Below are positions 10,000 to 22,144 of a stretch of 64,000 nt of DNA, piece after piece. The notes beneath the pieces are model-generated. The model did no database searches. It was not told the DNA's origin and saw nothing but the letters and a program-made list of their open reading frames with translations. The position numbers and the translations under genes were made by a program. Location: positions 402,996 to 466,995 of the forward strand of contig CAWHYG010000007.1 in NCBI GenBank assembly GCA_963833505.1. Reading direction: 5' to 3'. Position 1 is the first letter of the stretch, and every line of letters begins with the position of its first letter. Source of the DNA: Candidatus Eiseniibacteriota bacterium. GTDB lineage: Bacteria; Eisenbacteria; RBG-16-71-46; CAIMUX01.

Positions 10000-10674
10000 C
10001 TATTCGATCTCCAACCGTCCGACGACCACGCGGTGCACCAACCCGTATTCTCTCGCCTCCTGGGCCGACATCCAGAAGTCCCGATCCGCATCTTCGTTGA
10101 TCTGATCCAGAGTCTTGCCGGTCTCCTGAGCCACGATCTCGTTGTAGCGATCGCGCAGCTTGAGGATCTCCCGGGACGCGATTTCGAGGTCGGACGCCTG
10201 GCCGAAGGTGGCGGACGAGGGCTGGTGCAGCAGGAATCTGGAATTGGGCAGGCTGTACCGCTGCTCCTTGGGCGCAGCCAGGAACACCATGACGGCGGCC
10301 GAGGCGCAGAGGCCTGCGACGATCGTCCGAGCGGGAGGGCGGACGAAGCGAATCATGTCGTAGATGCCGAAGCCGGTGTCCGCCTCGCCTCCAGGCGAGT
10401 TGATGACGAGGGAGATCGGCTTCTCCGGATCATCAGCCTCCAACAGGATGAGGCTCTGGTAGATGCGCTTGGCCAGCTCGCTCGTGATCGCCTCGGAGAT
10501 CAGGATGGTCCGGGCTTTCAGGAACTTCTCGGCCATCTTGGAATCCTCGACCACGACCGGAGGCTTGGACTCCTCGTCGTCGTCGTCCGGCTCCTGGCTG
10601 CCACGAGCCGGTGGCGGCGTACCAAGCATTTGGCGGCTGTCCCGCTCCGCATGTCCGTTCCAATGATTCGACAT
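10000..10674 (-). CDS. clpP: ATP-dependent Clp protease proteolytic subunit ClpP, with an unusual acidic/proline-rich N-terminal extension of about 45 aa
   Basis: The Ser-His-Asp context is conserved (GLCASAAVMV, FLLHQP, DRDFWMSAQEA), along with INSPGG. The ATG at 10674 is preceded by AAGGAGGAA. No clpX or clpA is adjacent. Confidence 0.85.
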   Translation of the reverse strand: MSNHWNGHAERDSRQMLGTPPPARGSQEPDDDDEESKPPVVVEDSKMAEKFLKARTILISEAITSELAKRIYQSLILLEADDPEKPISLVINSPGGEADTGFGIYDMIRFVRPPARTIVAGLCASAAVMVFLAAPKEQRYSLPNSRFLLHQPSSATFGQASDLEIASREILKLRDRYNEIVAQETGKTLDQINEDADRDFWMSAQEAREYGLVHRVVVGRLEIE

Positions 10675-10801
10675 GGCTACTGATTCCTCCTTGGCATGCC
10701 GACCTCCAGAGGCGGCTCTCTGACCCGACTTTCCGGCGAGGACGTTCTGGACCGATCCTCCGCCGGGACGTCTCTCCCGTTCCCGGCCGATCCCCGGCTT
10801 C

Positions 10802-11260
10802 CTACCCGACTTCCTGGCGGAGGTCCGCCCGACCCTCCGAAAGGTCGATGAGCTGGATCCCCAGCTGCTCGGCCACGCGGAAAATCCGATCATCCCGGTA
10901 GAACGCCCCATAGTAGATCCGCCGTATGCCGGCGTTGGCGATCATCTTGAAACAGCTCCAGCAAGGGCTGGCCGTCGTGTAGATCTCGGAGTCCTCGATG
11001 CGGACTCCGTTGCGGGCGGCCTGCAGGATGGCGTTGGCCTCCGCGTGGATCGTGGCGACGCAATGGTCGTTCTCCATCATATGGCCGATCTCGTCGCAAT
11101 GCGGCATGCCCCGGATGCTGCCGTTGTATCCGGTCGAAAGGATGATCCGATCGCGGACGATGACGGCGCCCACCTTGCGCCGATCGCAAGTGGCCCGGGT
11201 GGCGACGACGCTTGAGATCTCCATGAAGTAGGTGTGCCAGTCGGTCCTCGCGTCGCTCAT
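10802..11260 (-). CDS. dCMP (deoxycytidylate) deaminase, ComEB-like
   Basis: The zinc-binding deaminase motifs HAEANAI and TASPCWSC are present. The ATG at 11260 is preceded by AGGAGGG. Confidence 0.85.
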   Translation of the reverse strand: MSDARTDWHTYFMEISSVVATRATCDRRKVGAVIVRDRIILSTGYNGSIRGMPHCDEIGHMMENDHCVATIHAEANAILQAARNGVRIEDSEIYTTASPCWSCFKMIANAGIRRIYYGAFYRDDRIFRVAEQLGIQLIDLSEGRADLRQEVG

Positions 11261-11270
11261 CGGCCCTCCT

Positions 11271-11903
11271 TCACGCCTCGGCCAGGCGGACGAACCTGGC
11301 GTGATAGAGCGTCCGTCCCTCCAGCAGATACTTTCGAGCGTAGTCGGTTGGGATCCGGTCCGGCGAGTCGGCCGGCCAGGGGACCTGCCGGAACCCGCTC
11401 GCTTGATCCAGGTCGGCCACCGCCTGCGCGAAATAGTCCTCGACGTCCGAGGCCACGAAGAACGATGCCCCCGGCGCGAGCGCCCGGGCCGCCAGGCCGT
11501 ACAGCGGCGAGCGAAGGAGTCGCCGCTTCCCGTGGCGGGTCTTCGGCCACGGATCCGGAAAATAGACGTGAAGCGCCCAAAGCGATCCGGCCGGCACCCA
11601 GCGATCCAGAAAATCGAAGGCATCCCATCGGGCCAGACGCAGGTTGGCGGGCTGGATCCGGACGGCTCTTTCCACCGCGCGATGAAACCACTTCGCGGCC
11701 TTCTCCACGCCGACGAAGTTCGAATCCGGCCGGACCTTGCAGGCCTCGAGCAGGAACCGTCCCTTGCCGCAGCCCAGCTCCAGCTCGATCGGGCCTTCGC
11801 GGCCGAAGACCGAGGGCCAGGAAAAGGGAGGCGCCTGCCGCTCCGGCAGGAGGGCGACGGACAGCTCGCTGATCGGCGCCGGCAGGGGTCGATTTCGACT
11901 CAT
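11271..11903 (-). CDS. trmB: tRNA (guanine-N7)-methyltransferase TrmB
   Basis: Motifs LELGCGKGRFL and VYFPDPWPKTRHGKRRL are present. The protein is 210 aa. Confidence 0.85.
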   Translation of the reverse strand: MSRNRPLPAPISELSVALLPERQAPPFSWPSVFGREGPIELELGCGKGRFLLEACKVRPDSNFVGVEKAAKWFHRAVERAVRIQPANLRLARWDAFDFLDRWVPAGSLWALHVYFPDPWPKTRHGKRRLLRSPLYGLAARALAPGASFFVASDVEDYFAQAVADLDQASGFRQVPWPADSPDRIPTDYARKYLLEGRTLYHARFVRLAEA

Positions 11904-11950
11904 GCACGGACGCTAGCATAGGTGCGGCCACGGAAGAAGCCGCCGGACCC

Positions 11951-13078
11951 TCATCCGAAAAGACGGAAGCGGCGCTTGGGCCGGGGGCTGTTCACGGCCG
12001 GCTTCGTTTTCGGTTCGCTCGAGGGCGCCTGGGCTTTCGGCGGCGGCGAGTCGGGCCGGCGAGCCGGACGGGAGACGGTCTTCAACGGGCCGGCGACCGG
12101 GCGCCGGTCCACCGGGCCGACTCTTCGGGGACCGAAGATCAGCCGCCGCTGCTCGGCGATCTCCTCCGAGAGGCGCGCCAGTCGCTGGATCATCGCGGAC
12201 AGCTTGTTTCGTTCCAGGGAGGTCAGGGTCGCGTCCCGCGATCCGGACTGGAGATGCTGATTCGCCGCCGTCCGCCCCAGAATGCACGTGTCCTGGGCGC
12301 GATCGAGCAGCTCCCTCGCCTTGTCCTTTTCGCCGACCAGGCCGTACAGCTCGGCAAGCTGGCGCTCTTCGATGGCGCCGGCCTCCGCCGTCGGCTTCGT
12401 CGGCCGGGTCTGGTAGACCTCCCGATGGAAACGCAAGGCCGCCTGTCGGGCGGCCTCCTCATCCAGGGGTATTTCCGGCCACTGGTTCTGAAGGGCCCGA
12501 AGCCGGGAGAGGATCTCCGTCATTCGCGCGCGGTTCGCGCCGGCGGCCGAGTAGGCGGGGGGGTCGCCGGGCCGGAGTCCGTTCCAGCTCAGGTGCAGCT
12601 CGTCCAGGTAGATCCAGGCGAGGCGAAGATAGAGCCGCCCAAGCTGGGGACGCCTCCAGAGCTCGGGGTAGTGGAGCATCTCCGCGCGCAGCGATGCGAG
12701 CAAGAGGCGGAGCGAGCGCTCCGGCTCGGAGTAGATCTCCAGCCGGCTTCCGAGAATCGCTCCGACCGGAGAGCCGTCGCCGGCGGCCTCGGCGCGGAAC
12801 AGGCGCTGGAGCGACCGCTGGTTCTCGGGAACCTGACCCGGAGCCAGACGGAAATCGGACTCAGGCCCTGGGTACCGGCATTCCGGGCAGAGGCACAGGT
12901 TGTGGTAGAAGGGCGAATCCTCGGTCCGGCAGAAGCTCTCCACCCAGCCGAAGGCGCGCTCGAAGGGCCGCCCCGGCACGCTCAAGGTCAGCACCTGGCG
13001 AGCGCGGAGCACCTGCTGCTCTCGAACGGCGCCGCAGGCCGGGCAGGCCAGAGCGACCTCATAGGTGGGGCGCGCCAT
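11951..13078 (-). CDS. hypothetical protein with an N-terminal C4 zinc ribbon (CPACG...CLCPEC), a helical middle and a basic Pro-rich tail
   Basis: The ORF has protein-like composition. The start is at MARPTYEV (ATG 13078). There is no confident family assignment. Confidence 0.5.
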   Translation of the reverse strand: MARPTYEVALACPACGAVREQQVLRARQVLTLSVPGRPFERAFGWVESFCRTEDSPFYHNLCLCPECRYPGPESDFRLAPGQVPENQRSLQRLFRAEAAGDGSPVGAILGSRLEIYSEPERSLRLLLASLRAEMLHYPELWRRPQLGRLYLRLAWIYLDELHLSWNGLRPGDPPAYSAAGANRARMTEILSRLRALQNQWPEIPLDEEAARQAALRFHREVYQTRPTKPTAEAGAIEERQLAELYGLVGEKDKARELLDRAQDTCILGRTAANQHLQSGSRDATLTSLERNKLSAMIQRLARLSEEIAEQRRLIFGPRRVGPVDRRPVAGPLKTVSRPARRPDSPPPKAQAPSSEPKTKPAVNSPRPKRRFRLFG

Positions 13079-13233
13079 GCCCCCTGGTAATCGGCCCGGA
13101 GGTTCCCGAATCACCAAGATCCCCCTCATGTCGTTGCACTTCAACTCGTCCAAATATCGGCAGATGGCGCAACGAGCTTGAGAAGCCGGGGATCAGAGTC
13201 GCGATGCCGCGATTCCGGGTCGGTGCCCGGGGA

Positions 13234-14292
13234 TCAGGCTCGAGCGGCCGTGATTCCGAGTCTCTCCGCCACGCGGGAGGCGAGCGCTTGAAAGGCCCGT
13301 CCCGCCGCGGATTCCGGATGCTGGGCCAGGACGGGGGAGCCCTGGTCGCCGCCCAGCGCGACCGCGGGGTCGATCGGAATCTCCCCGAGGAGCGGAACGC
13401 CCAACCGATCGGCCTCCCGCCGACCGCCGCCGCTGCGGAAGATGTCGGTCCTTTTGCCGCACTGCGGGCAGGCGAAGAAGCTCATGTTCTCGACGATGCC
13501 CAGGATCGGCACTTCGACCTTCTCAAACATGGCCACACCCTTGCCGGCGTCGATCAGGGCGACGTCCTGCGGGGTCGTGACGATCACGGCTCCGGAGAGC
13601 GCCACCTTCTGGGCCAGCGAGATCTGGATGTCCCCGGTGCCGGGGGGAAGATCGAAGACCAGGACGTCGATCCCCGACCAGTCGACGTCGACCATGAGCT
13701 GGTCGATCGCCTTTCCCACCATCGGGCCGCGCCAGATGACCGGCGTGTCGCGATCGATCAGATAGCCGATCGAGATGCTCTTCACGCCGTAGCTTTCCAG
13801 CGGGATCATCTTGTGCTCGTCGACCTCCGGCTGCGCGTCTTCCAGGCCCATCATGAGAGGAACGGACGGCCCGTAGATGTCGCAGTCCAGAAGGCCCGTC
13901 CGGTGGCCGAGGCGCGCCAGGCCCAGGGCCAGATTCACCGCCACGGTGGACTTCCCGACGCCTCCCTTGCCGCTGGCCACAGCCACCTTGAACGGAATCG
14001 AGGCCAGGAGGTCGGGCTCCTCTTCTTCGGGACCTGCCGCCGGGATCGGCTGCTGATACCGGACCCTCATGTCGAGCTCGAACGGGATGTGCGCCTCCTC
14101 CAGGACCCGCCGCGCGCCGCGTTCGATCTCCTCGCCGGCGCCCGCCAGATTCGTCGCCATCTCGATCCGGATCCGGAAGACCCCGCCTTCCTCATGGATG
14201 TCCTTGAGATATCCGAGGGAGACGATGTCCCGATCGATGCCGGGGAAGTGAACCTGCTTGAGAGCGCGAACGACGTCGTTCTGGGTGGCCAT
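13234..14292 (-). CDS. apbC: Fe-S cluster carrier ATPase Mrp/ApbC (NBP35 family) with an N-terminal DUF59 domain
   Basis: Motifs VASGKGGVGKSTVAVNLA and the CPQCG C-terminal cysteines are present. Confidence 0.9.
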   Translation of the reverse strand: MATQNDVVRALKQVHFPGIDRDIVSLGYLKDIHEEGGVFRIRIEMATNLAGAGEEIERGARRVLEEAHIPFELDMRVRYQQPIPAAGPEEEEPDLLASIPFKVAVASGKGGVGKSTVAVNLALGLARLGHRTGLLDCDIYGPSVPLMMGLEDAQPEVDEHKMIPLESYGVKSISIGYLIDRDTPVIWRGPMVGKAIDQLMVDVDWSGIDVLVFDLPPGTGDIQISLAQKVALSGAVIVTTPQDVALIDAGKGVAMFEKVEVPILGIVENMSFFACPQCGKRTDIFRSGGGRREADRLGVPLLGEIPIDPAVALGGDQGSPVLAQHPESAAGRAFQALASRVAERLGITAARA

Positions 14293-14729
14293 GCCGCCTC
14301 CTCCTTGGACCTGGTCCGAGCCGCGGTTCCGGTTCCGCCGCTCGCCGCCGTCCGGCAGACCCGCCGCCGAACGCCTGCGTCAGCGATCGCGGCAGTATAC
14401 ACCCGCCGCAGCGGACCATCGGCCGCCTGCGGCCCCGCCGCGTGAACCGGGGCCGGCGGCGCAGACCGCAGGGAACGCCCGGACAGCCCGAAATCGCGAG
14501 TCGCGGGGGCGCTACGCCTGGGCGGATGGTGCCGCGCGGCCAACCGGCGCCGGCCGGCGCAGGCCCGGCGTCCGATCGAGGTCCGGACCCAGGCGCGGTC
14601 GTCCGCGCAACCCGGGCTGGAATCGGTTGTCTCCGTTCCCCGCAGGGGCCACAATCACTCCGCGGTCGTCGGCCGTTCGATCGATCCGGCCGGAGACACG
14701 CACAGGGTCTCAGGAGGGAGGGGGTACCG

Positions 14730-16991
<2,262 letters not shown>

Positions 16992-17026
16992 CGACCGCTG
17001 TTACCCGCACGCCGGGATCGGTGACG

Positions 17027-17058
17027 GAGGGCCGGAGCGGGCAACCTCTCCGGCCCTC
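17027..17058. terminator. perfect 11 bp inverted repeat GAGGGCCGGAG/CTCCGGCCCTC between convergent maeB and tyrA, with no U-tract
   Basis: The arms are at 17027-17037 and 17048-17058, seen directly in the sequence. Confidence 0.4.
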
Positions 17059-17200
17059 ATCGCATCCGGGTGGCGCGACATGCCATCGGGCCGCGAAGCG
17101 CTCCAGCGGATCCTGGACGGGCGTCCGGCCCGAATCTGCCCGCCGACCGGGGCACGGGCGATCAACCGGGATCTGCCTCTGCCGATCCGGGCACGGGCGC

Positions 17201-18160
17201 TCAGCCTCGACCCGCTCCTCCGGATCTGCTTGGATCGGTCGGGTCGGTGATCTCCTGATGAAGCTCCGTCAGCGTCGCGAGAAGCCTCTCCCGCGCGTCA
17301 TGCGCATAGGGGTTCCAGCGCTGAAGGTCCCGATAGAGGTCCCACGAGTCCCGCGTGACGTGCCCCAGGATCTCGAGCAGCCGCCGATAGCCCAAGGTGT
17401 CCATGTCGTGCGGCCGGGCCTCGATCCTCGCCAGGGCCCGCGCGAGCCAGTGGACCAGACTCTGGGTCGCGGCCATCTCGCGGTCATGCTCCGCCGCGGT
17501 GGTCTCGATCACCTGAAGTCCGAGAGACCGCAGGAATCGCAACGCCGATCTCCGCCTCCGAAGGCGGATCGGGACGAATGCGATCCGGTGGCCGGCCGGC
17601 CCGTCCGGGGCGGAGTCGGGGCCGAACAGGGGATGTGTGCCGATGATCTCCACGTCGGGCGGAGCCTCAGCGGACAGCCAGCGGCAGGGCCAGACCTTCA
17701 CGCTCGCGGTGTCGGCGATCATGGTTCCGGGTCGCAGGTAGGGCCGCGTGAGGCGAAGGGACGCTTCGAGGGCGCTGATCGGCACCGCATAGATGACGAC
17801 CCGGGCGGCGCAGGCTTCCGGAAGGGTCACGCGCTCGAATCCGGCCGATGCCGAAGGGACCGCAGCATCCGGGCGCGGCCCCGCTTCCGGAAGCGTGACG
17901 CCTTCAACTCCGGCCGGCGCCGGCGAATTCGCCGCATCCACGCTCAACCTGTCGCAGATGGGGTCGTGGGTGCCGGCTCCGACCGGCTCCGTGGATCGCC
18001 AGCCGCCGTCCGGGAACCATCGGGGATCAAAGGCCCGCACGCGCCCGCGGCGCGAGAGGTGTTCCGCCATCCAGCTTCCAAATCGCCCGCATCCGATGAT
18101 TCCGAAGTCGGCGAAGGCGTCGTTCCCGCGGTCGGCCCGCACGCCCGCTTGGTGTACCAT
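17201..18160 (-). CDS. tyrA: prephenate/arogenate dehydrogenase TyrA
   Basis: The NAD-binding motif GIIGCGRFG and the prephenate dehydrogenase core are present. An ATG start at 18160 avoids overlap with the divergent M50 gene, while the track start GTG 18208 would overlap it. There is no Shine-Dalgarno sequence. Confidence 0.7.
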   Translation of the reverse strand: MVHQAGVRADRGNDAFADFGIIGCGRFGSWMAEHLSRRGRVRAFDPRWFPDGGWRSTEPVGAGTHDPICDRLSVDAANSPAPAGVEGVTLPEAGPRPDAAVPSASAGFERVTLPEACAARVVIYAVPISALEASLRLTRPYLRPGTMIADTASVKVWPCRWLSAEAPPDVEIIGTHPLFGPDSAPDGPAGHRIAFVPIRLRRRRSALRFLRSLGLQVIETTAAEHDREMAATQSLVHWLARALARIEARPHDMDTLGYRRLLEILGHVTRDSWDLYRDLQRWNPYAHDARERLLATLTELHQEITDPTDPSRSGGAGRG

Positions 18161-18194
18161 GGATCGAGTTTCGCGAAGAGAGGAGCGTTTCGCA

Positions 18195-19151
18195 ATGGGA
18201 AGCAGCACGGACCCGCCTGAGCCGCGGCCGGATCTCCCGGCGCCGCCCTGGCCGGCGGGCGGTTTCTCGAGCGCGGGCTCGGGTTTCTCGGGAGCCTGGG
18301 ATCGGGGCGCTCCGTACGCGGCCGAGCCTCTTCCCGAACCCGGTCCGCTTCATTCGCGGCGGCACATCGTGCTGGCCGTCGGGCTCTTCGTCCTCACCGT
18401 GGTCTCGACCATCGTGAGCCCGATGGGCGGGCCGCTCTATGCGCTGGCCATCATGACGATCCTTCTTTCCCACGAGATGGGCCACTACATCATGTGTCGC
18501 CGCTACCACGTGCGATCCACGCTGCCGCTCTTCATGCCGATGCCGTTCATCTCCCCCTTCGGAACCATGGGCGCCGTCATCTTCATGCGCCAGATCGGCA
18601 GGAACCGGAAGGTCCTGTTCGACATCGGCATCGCCGGGCCGCTGGCCGGGCTCGTGCCGTCGATCGTGGCGACGATCTGGGGAGTGGCGCACTCCCGGAT
18701 TGTTGCGGTTCCGTTTGCGCGCGCCGCCGGCGTGCAGCTCGGCGATTCGCTGCTCTTCGCCTGGCTCGGCAAGATCCTGCATCCCGGCATGCCCAAGGAC
18801 GCGGAGCTTCTGCTCAACCCGGTGGCCTATGCCGGCTGGGCCGGCTTCTTCGTGACCGCGCTCAACCTCCTGCCGATCGGACAGCTCGACGGCGGCCACG
18901 TGGTCTATGGAATCCTGGGGCGGAAGAGCATCTGGTTCTCGTGGGCCGCGCTCGGGGCGTTCGCCGTGGTCGCCTGCTTCTATCCGCAGTGGTGGGTGCT
19001 GATCGCCCTGATCCTCGTTATGGGCGGGCCGCGACATCGTCCCGCGCTCGATGAGGACGAGCCCCTCGGCGGCCGCCGGGTCGCCTTGGGCCTCTTCGCC
19101 CTGGCGGTCTTTGTCCTGAGTTTCACGCCGAGGCCCTTTCAGATCCACTGA
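18195..19151 (+). CDS. site-2 protease family (peptidase M50) membrane metalloprotease
   Basis: Motifs HEMGHY and LLPIGQLDGG are present, with several transmembrane segments. The ATG at 18195 follows AGAGGAG. Confidence 0.75.
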   Translation: MGSSTDPPEPRPDLPAPPWPAGGFSSAGSGFSGAWDRGAPYAAEPLPEPGPLHSRRHIVLAVGLFVLTVVSTIVSPMGGPLYALAIMTILLSHEMGHYIMCRRYHVRSTLPLFMPMPFISPFGTMGAVIFMRQIGRNRKVLFDIGIAGPLAGLVPSIVATIWGVAHSRIVAVPFARAAGVQLGDSLLFAWLGKILHPGMPKDAELLLNPVAYAGWAGFFVTALNLLPIGQLDGGHVVYGILGRKSIWFSWAALGAFAVVACFYPQWWVLIALILVMGGPRHRPALDEDEPLGGRRVALGLFALAVFVLSFTPRPFQIH

Positions 19152-20728
19152 TGGACACCGCAGCGCCCATTGATCCAGACAACGCCACGGGGCCGGAACG
19201 CCGGATCGAGTCCAAGGCGAAGAGCGAGGACCGGCGCCCTCCGGGGCGGCCCCCATGGCTGGCGCCGACCCTGCTCGTCACCCTGCTGGACGCTCTCCTG
19301 ACCGGGCCCTTCGTCTTCCATGAAGCGGCCGAAGCGGAGACCTTGCGCTATGTGCTGTCGATCCACCGCTGGCGGGCCGGCATGCTCGCGCTTCACCAGC
19401 TCTTCAACGCGGAGCAGAGCTACGGCTACTACGCGCTGGCGCGGGCGTCGGCCGCTGTTCTCGGTCTGGATCTTTCTCGCCTGCCAGCGCTCCTGAATCA
19501 CCTGTCGTGGGCCGCCGGAGTCCTGGCCAGCGGTCTTCTTCATCTACTTTTCCGCCGGTGGCTCGGGCCTAGGATCGCTCTTCGGCTTTCGCTTCTCCTC
19601 GTGTTCACTCCCGGCTTCTGGGCGCTGCACGTCTGGGGACAACCGAACATCTGCGGGCTGGCCGTGGCTGCCGCCGCCCTGGCCATGCTTCCGGGAGCGG
19701 ATGATACCGGCCGGACTTCACGGACCCGCCTTGGTCTGGCCGCGGGCCTGTCCTTCCTGGCCTTCACTCTGCGGGCCGACATTCTTTTCCTGCTGGCGCC
19801 CGCCATTCTGGCCCGAGTGCTCTGGGGTCGCGATCGGATCAAGCTCTGGGCCGCCGTCGTGACGGGGGGCGCCGGCGTCGCCGCCTGCGACCTGCTGCGC
19901 CTCCTGGCGCTCGGCGTCTTCGCGCACGGCGGCACGATCGGCTTGAACGTGCGCTCGAACCTGGACCTGGGATCGCTGGACTGGCCGCTCCAGAACCTGA
20001 TGATCATCTCGTCGACGGGCCCGCCCCTCGTGTTCGTGGCCTCGCTGGCGGCCTTTGCCGGCTGCCGCGGCGAAGGCGGTTCCCGGATGCGGAAGACCGT
20101 CCTCCTCTGGGGGCTGCCCGTGGCGGCGTTTCTTCCGTTCGCGCGGGTCGACCTGACGCGGATTCTCGTGCCGGTGCTGCCGGGGCTCCTGCTGCCGTTG
20201 GCCGTCTGGGCGGCGCAGGGTCGCCGCCGGAGGGACGCCGCGCTGGCCGGTCTGGTCCTCGCCGCGCACTTGTCGATGCTTGCGGTGCCGCACCTGCTCG
20301 ACCGCGCCGGCAAACGGAGTCTGGCCACCTCGCGATCCGGCCACGGGCTCTTCGTCGGAAACGTGTTCGCGGATCACGGACGGGTTCGCCGGCAGGCGAT
20401 CGAGAGCGCCGAGGACGCCGCGGCCGCGACCGCCGCCTTGGTCATGACGCCGTCCCCTCCGCTCCTGGTCGTCGGCGAAGACGAGGTCTTCTTCGAGTAC
20501 GCGTTCTCGGGGCAGTGGCCGCGCTCGACCTGCCCGCCCATCGCCGAGACCTACGGGCTCGTCCTGCATGAATTCCGCACCGCGGACGGCGCGGTTCCGG
20601 CCTATCTGCTGGAACGGCGGACCAAGGAGCCGGTGTCCGCGCTCCTGGATCGCCTGTCCTTCCGAAAGCCGGTGCGGGTCTGGCGGAGCCACCTGGATCG
20701 CCGCCTCTATCCCGGAGATGGTTCTTGA
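19151..20728 (+). CDS. polytopic membrane protein, possibly a PMT/ArnT-like glycosyltransferase
   Basis: It has about 10 hydrophobic segments. It overlaps the M50 gene end as ATGA and overlaps the following GT4 gene as ATGA. Confidence 0.55.
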   Translation: MDTAAPIDPDNATGPERRIESKAKSEDRRPPGRPPWLAPTLLVTLLDALLTGPFVFHEAAEAETLRYVLSIHRWRAGMLALHQLFNAEQSYGYYALARASAAVLGLDLSRLPALLNHLSWAAGVLASGLLHLLFRRWLGPRIALRLSLLLVFTPGFWALHVWGQPNICGLAVAAAALAMLPGADDTGRTSRTRLGLAAGLSFLAFTLRADILFLLAPAILARVLWGRDRIKLWAAVVTGGAGVAACDLLRLLALGVFAHGGTIGLNVRSNLDLGSLDWPLQNLMIISSTGPPLVFVASLAAFAGCRGEGGSRMRKTVLLWGLPVAAFLPFARVDLTRILVPVLPGLLLPLAVWAAQGRRRRDAALAGLVLAAHLSMLAVPHLLDRAGKRSLATSRSGHGLFVGNVFADHGRVRRQAIESAEDAAAATAALVMTPSPPLLVVGEDEVFFEYAFSGQWPRSTCPPIAETYGLVLHEFRTADGAVPAYLLERRTKEPVSALLDRLSFRKPVRVWRSHLDRRLYPGDGS

Positions 20729-21864
20729 AGGTGCTGCTCGTCTGCCACGGGGCGGGGTGGGCCGGCACCGAGCGCCACGTGCGCGACCTCATGCTGGGGC
20801 TCGATCGCGACCGCTGGACGGTGCAGCTCGCGACCTCGGAAGACGGGCCGCTCGTGGCGGCGGCGCGGCAGGCGGGCCTTTCGACCCGGCTCGTGCCGCG
20901 GCGCGACGCGGGTTCCTACGTGTCGGGCCTGGCGAGGCTGATCCGCCGGGAGCGGCCCGATCTTCTGCACGCGCACTCGGGACGTCTGGCCTGCCTGGCG
21001 GCCCGTCTGGCCCGCGTGCCGGCCGTCATCGAAACCCGGCATGGTCTTCGGGAACGCGTCGCCCCGCTCTATCGGAGATTCCCCGGGAGCCGGCGGCTGG
21101 AGGGATGGAAGAGCCGGCTTCCGGACCTGACCTTGACGGTCTGCCGCGCCGACGCCGAGTGGCTCGTGCGTCACGGAAGGCTCCCGGCCGATCGGATCCG
21201 GACGATCCCCAATGGGATCGCGCCTGAAAGTCCGGATCCGTCGATCGAAAGCCGGCGCGCCGCATTGCGGGCGGCATGGCGAATCCCGGAAGAAGCCCGG
21301 ATCCTCGGGTTCGCCGGGCGGTTCTGTCCGCAAAAGGCGCCGGAGCGCGTGCTCGAGGTTCTCGCGAAGCTGATTGCGGGCGAAGCTCACGGGGCGGACC
21401 TTCAACCCGGGACGGGCCGCCGGAAGTGGCAGGCCGTGTTCTGCGGGGAAGGGGTCTCGCGATCCAGGCTCGAGGCGCGGGCCGGGATGCTCGGACTGTC
21501 GAATCATCTGGTCTGGACCGTGGCTTCGGAGGGAGCCGCTTCGGTCCTTCCGGCCTTCGATCTCCTTCTGCTCCCGTCAATCTGGGAAGGGCTTCCGTAC
21601 ATCCTGCTCGAGGCCCTGTCGGCGGGACTTCCGGTTCTGGCCACGCCGGTCGGGGGCGTTCCCGAGGTCCTGGTCGGCCCGCTGGCCGAAGGATGCCTGA
21701 GCTGGAACCCCGAACCATGGGCAGAACGGGTCCGGAAGCTGGTGGACGCTGCGGGACGCGCAGACTGGGCTCAAGCGGCTCGTCGAAGAGCCCGGGATTT
21801 CTCGTTGGAGGCGGCGATCGCCTCGATCGAAGGGGCCTACCGCGAGGCCCTGGGACTCCGCTGA
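20725..21864 (+). CDS. glycosyltransferase family 4 (GT1 fold)
   Basis: The N-terminus is MKVLLVCHGAGWAGTERHV, with a C-terminal EGLPYILLEALSAGLPV motif. Confidence 0.85.
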   Translation: MKVLLVCHGAGWAGTERHVRDLMLGLDRDRWTVQLATSEDGPLVAAARQAGLSTRLVPRRDAGSYVSGLARLIRRERPDLLHAHSGRLACLAARLARVPAVIETRHGLRERVAPLYRRFPGSRRLEGWKSRLPDLTLTVCRADAEWLVRHGRLPADRIRTIPNGIAPESPDPSIESRRAALRAAWRIPEEARILGFAGRFCPQKAPERVLEVLAKLIAGEAHGADLQPGTGRRKWQAVFCGEGVSRSRLEARAGMLGLSNHLVWTVASEGAASVLPAFDLLLLPSIWEGLPYILLEALSAGLPVLATPVGGVPEVLVGPLAEGCLSWNPEPWAERVRKLVDAAGRADWAQAARRRARDFSLEAAIASIEGAYREALGLR

Positions 21865-22023
21865 GGGACCCTACGCGCCCCGCATTCCGGTGACGCGCGC
21901 TGCTGTGTGGCATGCTGTTACGTGCTGCGCCGGGCTCGATCGCGGCCTGAAATGCGCTGCGACCCGGGCACCCGTCCCTATCCCACGCCCGGACCTGGCT
22001 CAGACTCTGTCGCAACTGCCCGG

Positions 22024-22077
22024 GATCTGACACCTGCGACAGATCTGTGACACCATGTGTAAATGCCCCTTGACACA
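22024..22077 (+). repeat. three TGACAC(C) motifs (GATCTGACACC, GATCTGTGACACC, TTGACACAG) upstream of and overlapping the -35 element
   Basis: The motifs are at 22028-22034, 22048-22054 and 22071-22077, seen directly in the sequence. Confidence 0.5.
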
Positions 22078-22098
22078 GACTGCGGGGTTTGCTAATCT
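22070..22098 (+). promoter_or_regulatory. sigma70-like promoter TTGACA-N17-TAATCT upstream of the second FG-GAP gene
   Basis: TTGACA is at 22070-22075 and TAATCT at 22093-22098, in a 280 bp intergenic region. The gene starts at 22145. Confidence 0.5.
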
Positions 22099-22144
22099 GT
22101 TTGCGCTTTCGCAAGGAGGATGGACAGGAGAAGGGGGGACAACG

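Noticed and set aside
22071-22092. Possible sigma-54 promoter at TGACAC...TTGC
   Set aside because: It has GA where the -24 GG should be, and the -24/-12 spacing is wrong. It fits a sigma-70 TTGACA-N17-TAATCT much better.
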